Source of the DNA: Nemertoderma westbladi
Taxonomy: Eukaryota; Animalia; Xenacoelomorpha
Length of the DNA: 64,000 nt
Direction: 5' to 3'
Assembly (NCBI GenBank): GCA_032718475.1
Contig: JAUCBJ010008009.1
Span: forward strand, 1-64,000
Shown: positions 61,501 through 64,000 of the stretch, in pieces
Layout of the letters: every line of letters begins with the position of its first letter
Numbering within the stretch: the first letter of the stretch is position 1
The notes under the pieces: generated by a model
What the model was told of the DNA's origin: nothing
The model's database searches: none
What the model saw: only the letters and a program-made list of their open reading frames with translations
Translations under genes and position numbers: made by a program

Positions 61501-62878
61501 TAGGAGTTTCTACTTCGCTAGCAGTATAAATGCGTGTAGGCTCTACACCTTGCGCATGAGATACTTCAGACCTAACGGGTTGACACATTGTTACAGGGGG
61601 TGGTGGTATACCCTTTTGTAAATTTACTAATTTATCGCGCTCTAGCGTGATATTTTGCTGCACTTCTTGCAACTCTAACTTACTTTCCCTCACTGTTCCC
61701 TTTAAATGTTGGACAGTCCCTTCCAACTCTCGGACCTGTTGGGAGGAGAGTCTCCGATTCTCCTTCATCTCTCCGAGGAGAATATCCATCCCCCGCCGTC
61801 TCTCGTCTACCCAATCAACCGCCGAAACGGGATCCGCCAACGTCGTAGCGGGCAGACGAGGGACAACGGGCGACAAATTTGGAATATTTCGCTCGGGGTC
61901 CAGGACCTGAACTGTCTCCTGGGCAGTTCTACGGGGCACAGGTAGCTTAGTGCTATGCAGAGGGAATTTATAGGTAGCTTCAGGGAGGACAGGTGTATCT
62001 ATTACCGAAGGGGTGATTTCAAGAACAGGCCTACTTATTTCAGGCTCATCTACTATAGTAGGGAGTCTTTCTATTGTAATTATTTGGTCTGTGGGTTCTG
62101 TACTCTCTAAGTTGGTGTTATTTAGTTGCCTTCTAACAGCTGGAGGCAAATCAGGCAATTTCTGACGGTGGAATGTTCTTTTACGTCTGCTTAGACGAGA
62201 TCTATTTCCTTTGCCTTCAGTATCGGTGGTATCGCCTTCTTCAGATGATGTATACCCCTGTCTTTTGGGAGTAGATCGACTCATCATCTGCATATTACTA
62301 GCTGTTAACTGTTTATTGAAGTTGTCTTGCCTCTCTTGAAGATTTTCCAACTCTAGTTGGGTTGCCTCTTCAGATGCCCTCCGTTCTGCTTCTGCCACTG
62401 CCTCTGCTGTTTTTCTTTCGGCTTCTGCCGCTGCCACTGCTGCTGCCGCTTTCCTTTCCGCTTCGGCCTCTGCCACTGCTGCCTTTCTTTCCGCTTCTGC
62501 CTCTGCCACTGCTGCTGCCGCCTTTCTTTCCGCTTCTGCCTCTGCCACTGCTGCTGCCACTGCCGCTGCCTTTCTATCTTCTATACGTTTTTTCTTTAAT
62601 TGTTCTTCCTTTTCTCTAACGATGCGGAGTTGTTCATCGAATTTAGCTTGGTTCGCCGCTAACCTATCCACATCAATTGCATCTAACACAAGTTTGGCTC
62701 CTTCGCTATTAGGGCTAAGTCCCTCTAGCCTTCTCCTCAACTCTTCATCTCCCACAAAGCGTTGATAGTCTGACAGATAGATGTCAATGGCATCCCTCTT
62801 ATGCGGTTTCTCTGCTGTCACTTCGCTCTCGGTCGTATCTAGTAGACTGTCTGACAGGTTCTGCTTAGTATCAGACAT
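55583..62878 (-). CDS. BEL/Pao Gag-Pol polyprotein (2431 aa)
   Basis: Three Cys/His knuckles (CALC..H..C, CYNC..GH..C, CAKC..HH..LH), protease LLDSGS, RT YMDD, Pao RNase H FGDAS, integrase H-H-C-C and D..D..E (GVDLFGP, SDKGTNF, WERL). Confidence 0.97.
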   Translation of the reverse strand: MSDTKQNLSDSLLDTTESEVTAEKPHKRDAIDIYLSDYQRFVGDEELRRRLEGLSPNSEGAKLVLDAIDVDRLAANQAKFDEQLRIVREKEEQLKKKRIEDRKAAAVAAAVAEAEAERKAAAAVAEAEAERKAAVAEAEAERKAAAAVAAAEAERKTAEAVAEAERRASEEATQLELENLQERQDNFNKQLTASNMQMMSRSTPKRQGYTSSEEGDTTDTEGKGNRSRLSRRKRTFHRQKLPDLPPAVRRQLNNTNLESTEPTDQIITIERLPTIVDEPEISRPVLEITPSVIDTPVLPEATYKFPLHSTKLPVPRRTAQETVQVLDPERNIPNLSPVVPRLPATTLADPVSAVDWVDERRRGMDILLGEMKENRRLSSQQVRELEGTVQHLKGTVRESKLELQEVQQNITLERDKLVNLQKGIPPPPVTMCQPVRSEVSHAQGVEPTRIYTASEVETPIVNPIKGNYRPVDNDIPYRTDHNPRNLYTDNSILNSTMAQESFTRQMARTEARQAVKVGEIVKFNGDEMKWLPFNEYYKDNIQNSVLSNGEKLRYLIECLEGSPKLMALKFIGHPDGLRQVWDTLNIRYGNRNNIAGYLYAKLVAPRKFISSGIIEFSDEIQEICRQLDWLGKSHEYQNTMVIRAVASTLPKGGVGTRWDKKVLYMMEQQRRDPTMADLMSFLDGEVKLQLLKLSREKTPENKVSEKPVSRRKVTPVCYTDDGESQTSQGEDSGKDTERSYYVNKMPKDQVSKFKSRSNDRREPIRKTPPTSPKRIQVRKPEEKASVHNVTQNKVSNIKPRCALCDGTHYLNRCDEFLKKSLTERREVMWDKRLCYNCLRQGHQRRTCYSDIRCAKCGAKHHILLHAEFDRNSPNQVSDSELHVQFSDVNDTDQSEMEGFYTDEFSDENESCYMINTAVYRALTYEKDTENDFTLTTSERQPPWKETSSNVGIREFPVVQVRVHGPKRSYVVNALLDSGSTGTFIDKELAEDIFAGQPKFQTKLNMSGIMQVWKSTITADYYVGALSTPQDELGEHSIRSVKMVAIKNFATTQADLYNWDEDESIQHLNIPRFQTDYPGVQILIGQNAHEALETLEKRPAQPQPLQTYAVRTRVGWYFTGPSRRTLRERLPQERVCQVSEWEDDASEGDDSTEGIPYSSDNDDVHQLFDEENTIDLLKENEAWQNQVNLCQLLYPSEREAYNDELNDVIERCNAKTRDEHAVRFFTQEAVEPNSYDKALSVEEERAKQIQETTTRFLKDQGRYEVGLPFRKREPKFINNRPLAEKRIAQLHRRLTANSSAKAMYQTQLEKFINKGYAERVPEETPVTERTYYLTHHYVPKPGKPHEVRVVFDGSALYMGQSLNSELLPGPNLLQSLLGILLRLRQYSIAFASDIEGMFLQVKVLDRDRDSLRFLWWPEGDLNQKPVEYWMTIQAFGIISSPSNACSVVRTTAEDNREAFSKEVIDNIKRDIYMDDNLKSLPSVEEAIEVAKGTVECLKRGGFRLTKFTSNSREFLESIPAEDRGAKDLDLIKDDLPETKTLGLKWDTERDILFFQLKQRDNPVRTKRICLSILSTYFDPLGFISPVILIARSLVQQMWLENHSWDDPLKGELLKKWMKWEDSLPAIEEFIISRSYFGHVLPTYSYQLHVFGDASDMGIGIVAYLRVETPDGIKVALVTSKALINNKLKVPRAELKAALYATAIGRNVTEQIDYTLEKTVYWTDALLVLEYITNEVCQFSVFVTNRVAIILSRTTMDQWRHCPGTINPADIASRGATPKELVNTPEWLGGPDFLYREEEEWPPHLTTAEIRQAKGAEKVKPKTRASKSKLFKPAVDLSVLFTSGDDALDQKPTATAKEVLEIRDKDWKSGIPDISQGLSPLLQRAIRHYSSWNRLCKAVTYLKRCFHHRYSGTKTNSDDAPSTSARVHVVKDLPKYKISDRFLKEKISYQEHDETNKQMLRLLQCYEDSDKYFLLLRNPQMRLRDRFSSTMIDGLIRVGGRLTNAPLSFDTKFPILIRNLDIQIKIIVDVHSKLYHAGRERVLSEIRTCYYFYKPRRALNQVLRNCIPCRKAFSRPLTQREAELPRERVSFYEPPFTNTGVDLFGPIEVYRARTIVKRWCVIFVCMTCRAIHLDMVNDLSTNSFVLSLRRQIARFGTSNTMRSDKGTNFIGANNEIQAYVKDWNKRQVDDQLRITASSWTFNAADAPWWGGSWERLIRSVKTAFHFIVPCRAYLTDELLRTLMDEIAAYLNERPLMPVSSNPDSLEALTPAHFLLKKPVAMLPRSEITDGDEYCRRTWQLMQLLSRRFADHFEKHYLPTLQLRTKWFAQQENVSAGDMVLIVDPDLPRKRWQTGRIIETYISSDGLVRSVELVVMRRNFKKPGIVFETQQLNRPVGRLCLLERDRELSGNYGRQETLPTTTSLIQPTSRDSPT

Positions 62879-62989
62879 GTTTGTGTTTACAGTTGAATGC
62901 CTACTGCTATATTACAGTCTAAGCAAGTCTAGTAATTCAGTATTAACTGCTAGCCTAGTAATTAATTACCGATACTGCTACTCAGTGTA

Positions 62990-63390
62990 GCGTGATATAT
63001 ATATAATATATTAAAATACCGGTATGCTTATAGTATATATAAGTATTATTACAGACTAGGTTTATCTCAGAATACCGGTATAATTTTAGCACAAATATAT
63101 ATAAATATATAATAGGCCTATCGGGAATACCGGTATACAGCTTACAATTTGTAGTATATATAATTCTGGACTAGAATTAATTACAAGTACCGGTATAATT
63201 TCAGCCTAAATTTATAGAAATAAAGATAATAGGCCTATCGTAAATACCGGTATGCAGTTTACACTTATAGTATATATATAAGTATAATTACAAACTAGAA
63301 TTAATTACAGAATACCGGTATGATTTCAACCTAAAATTCATAAAAATAAATATAATAAGCCTATTATAAATACCGGTATATCAATTATTT
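62990..63390. repeat. AT-rich ~55-65 bp (paired ~120 bp) tandem repeat in the BEL 5' leader
   Basis: Seven recurrences of TACCGGTA with alternating ACTAGAATTAATTACA and AATAGGCCTAT flanks. Confidence 0.75.
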
Positions 63391-64000
63391 TAAATAACTG
63401 AATTTCTGAATTTTAAGGGTTACTTGGTTACTTTAACTTACTTTATTGCCGTTATTTAAGCAGTAGTCCAACTGATATTGAGACCTAATTGTTGTATGGC
63501 AGGCCTACTATTTATAAATCGTTTGAGTTGATTTATAATATATATATACCCGTTTTAATGGGTTTAGTCAATGTTTGAAATAAATGTTATTATTTCTGGG
63601 GAGTAATCACTACACAAAGCGGTGCGCTTTCAGTGAAGTGTTACTTATAGGACACTAAAACAAATAATTCTAATTTACCTAAGTTACTTAATACTATAAA
63701 TTACGTACAATTCGGGTGAGATTACAATCTCTAAATAAACACAAAAAATTTACAAAAAACACAAAATACGAATTTTTAGGGTAATTTTACAAGAAGTCTA
63801 CAAACCAGCCTAACAAAGGGTTAGAAATCTGGTTATTACAACGGACAGGGTACTGCGGTTATTTGAAAATAATACGTAGTAGTAAATACACTGCGTTGTC
63901 CAGATAGGAAAATACCACCGCCTGACGACCTATAGCCGTATCGCTATAGGTTCTACGTTATGTATCACGGAGTGTTCCTACCTAGAAGTTAATAGAGCTA

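Larger units (their letters stand above)
46976..64000 (-). mobile_element. BEL/Pao LTR retrotransposon (5' LTR beyond right edge)
   Basis: Intact gag-PR-RT-RH-IN polyprotein plus a 3' LTR and PPT; interrupts the RTE LINE abruptly at 46975. Confidence 0.88.

Overview
Eukaryotic, AT-rich, repeat-dense genomic DNA from what looks like an invertebrate animal. There are two host genes. (1) The 5' part of an SGSM3-like TBC/RabGAP gene lies on the minus strand (three exons, running off the left edge); its second intron is almost filled by a ~4.4 kb 36-bp minisatellite. (2) A complete myophilin/transgelin (calponin-family) gene lies on the plus strand, apparently with two alternative last exons. The rest is layered transposon sequence: decayed RTE-like LINEs, CRE-like REL-endonuclease retroposons, two decayed Gypsy elements, and many non-autonomous TIR elements with readable target-site duplications (Mutator-, hAT- and Kolobok-like). 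At the right end is an intact-ORF BEL/Pao LTR retrotransposon with a full-length two-ORF LINE inserted into it. The most unusual signals are: a compact pseudoknotted, G-U strand-biased RNA-like structure at ~33.0 kb that I cannot assign to a known family; a conserved ~85-bp core reused inside unrelated TIR shells; ~120 tandem cUUCGg hairpins in the SGSM3 pre-mRNA; an acidic alternative tail exon in the myophilin gene; and in-frame ORF1/ORF2 separated by one UGA-C in the intact LINE. All family assignments come from motif recognition by eye, not from database searches.
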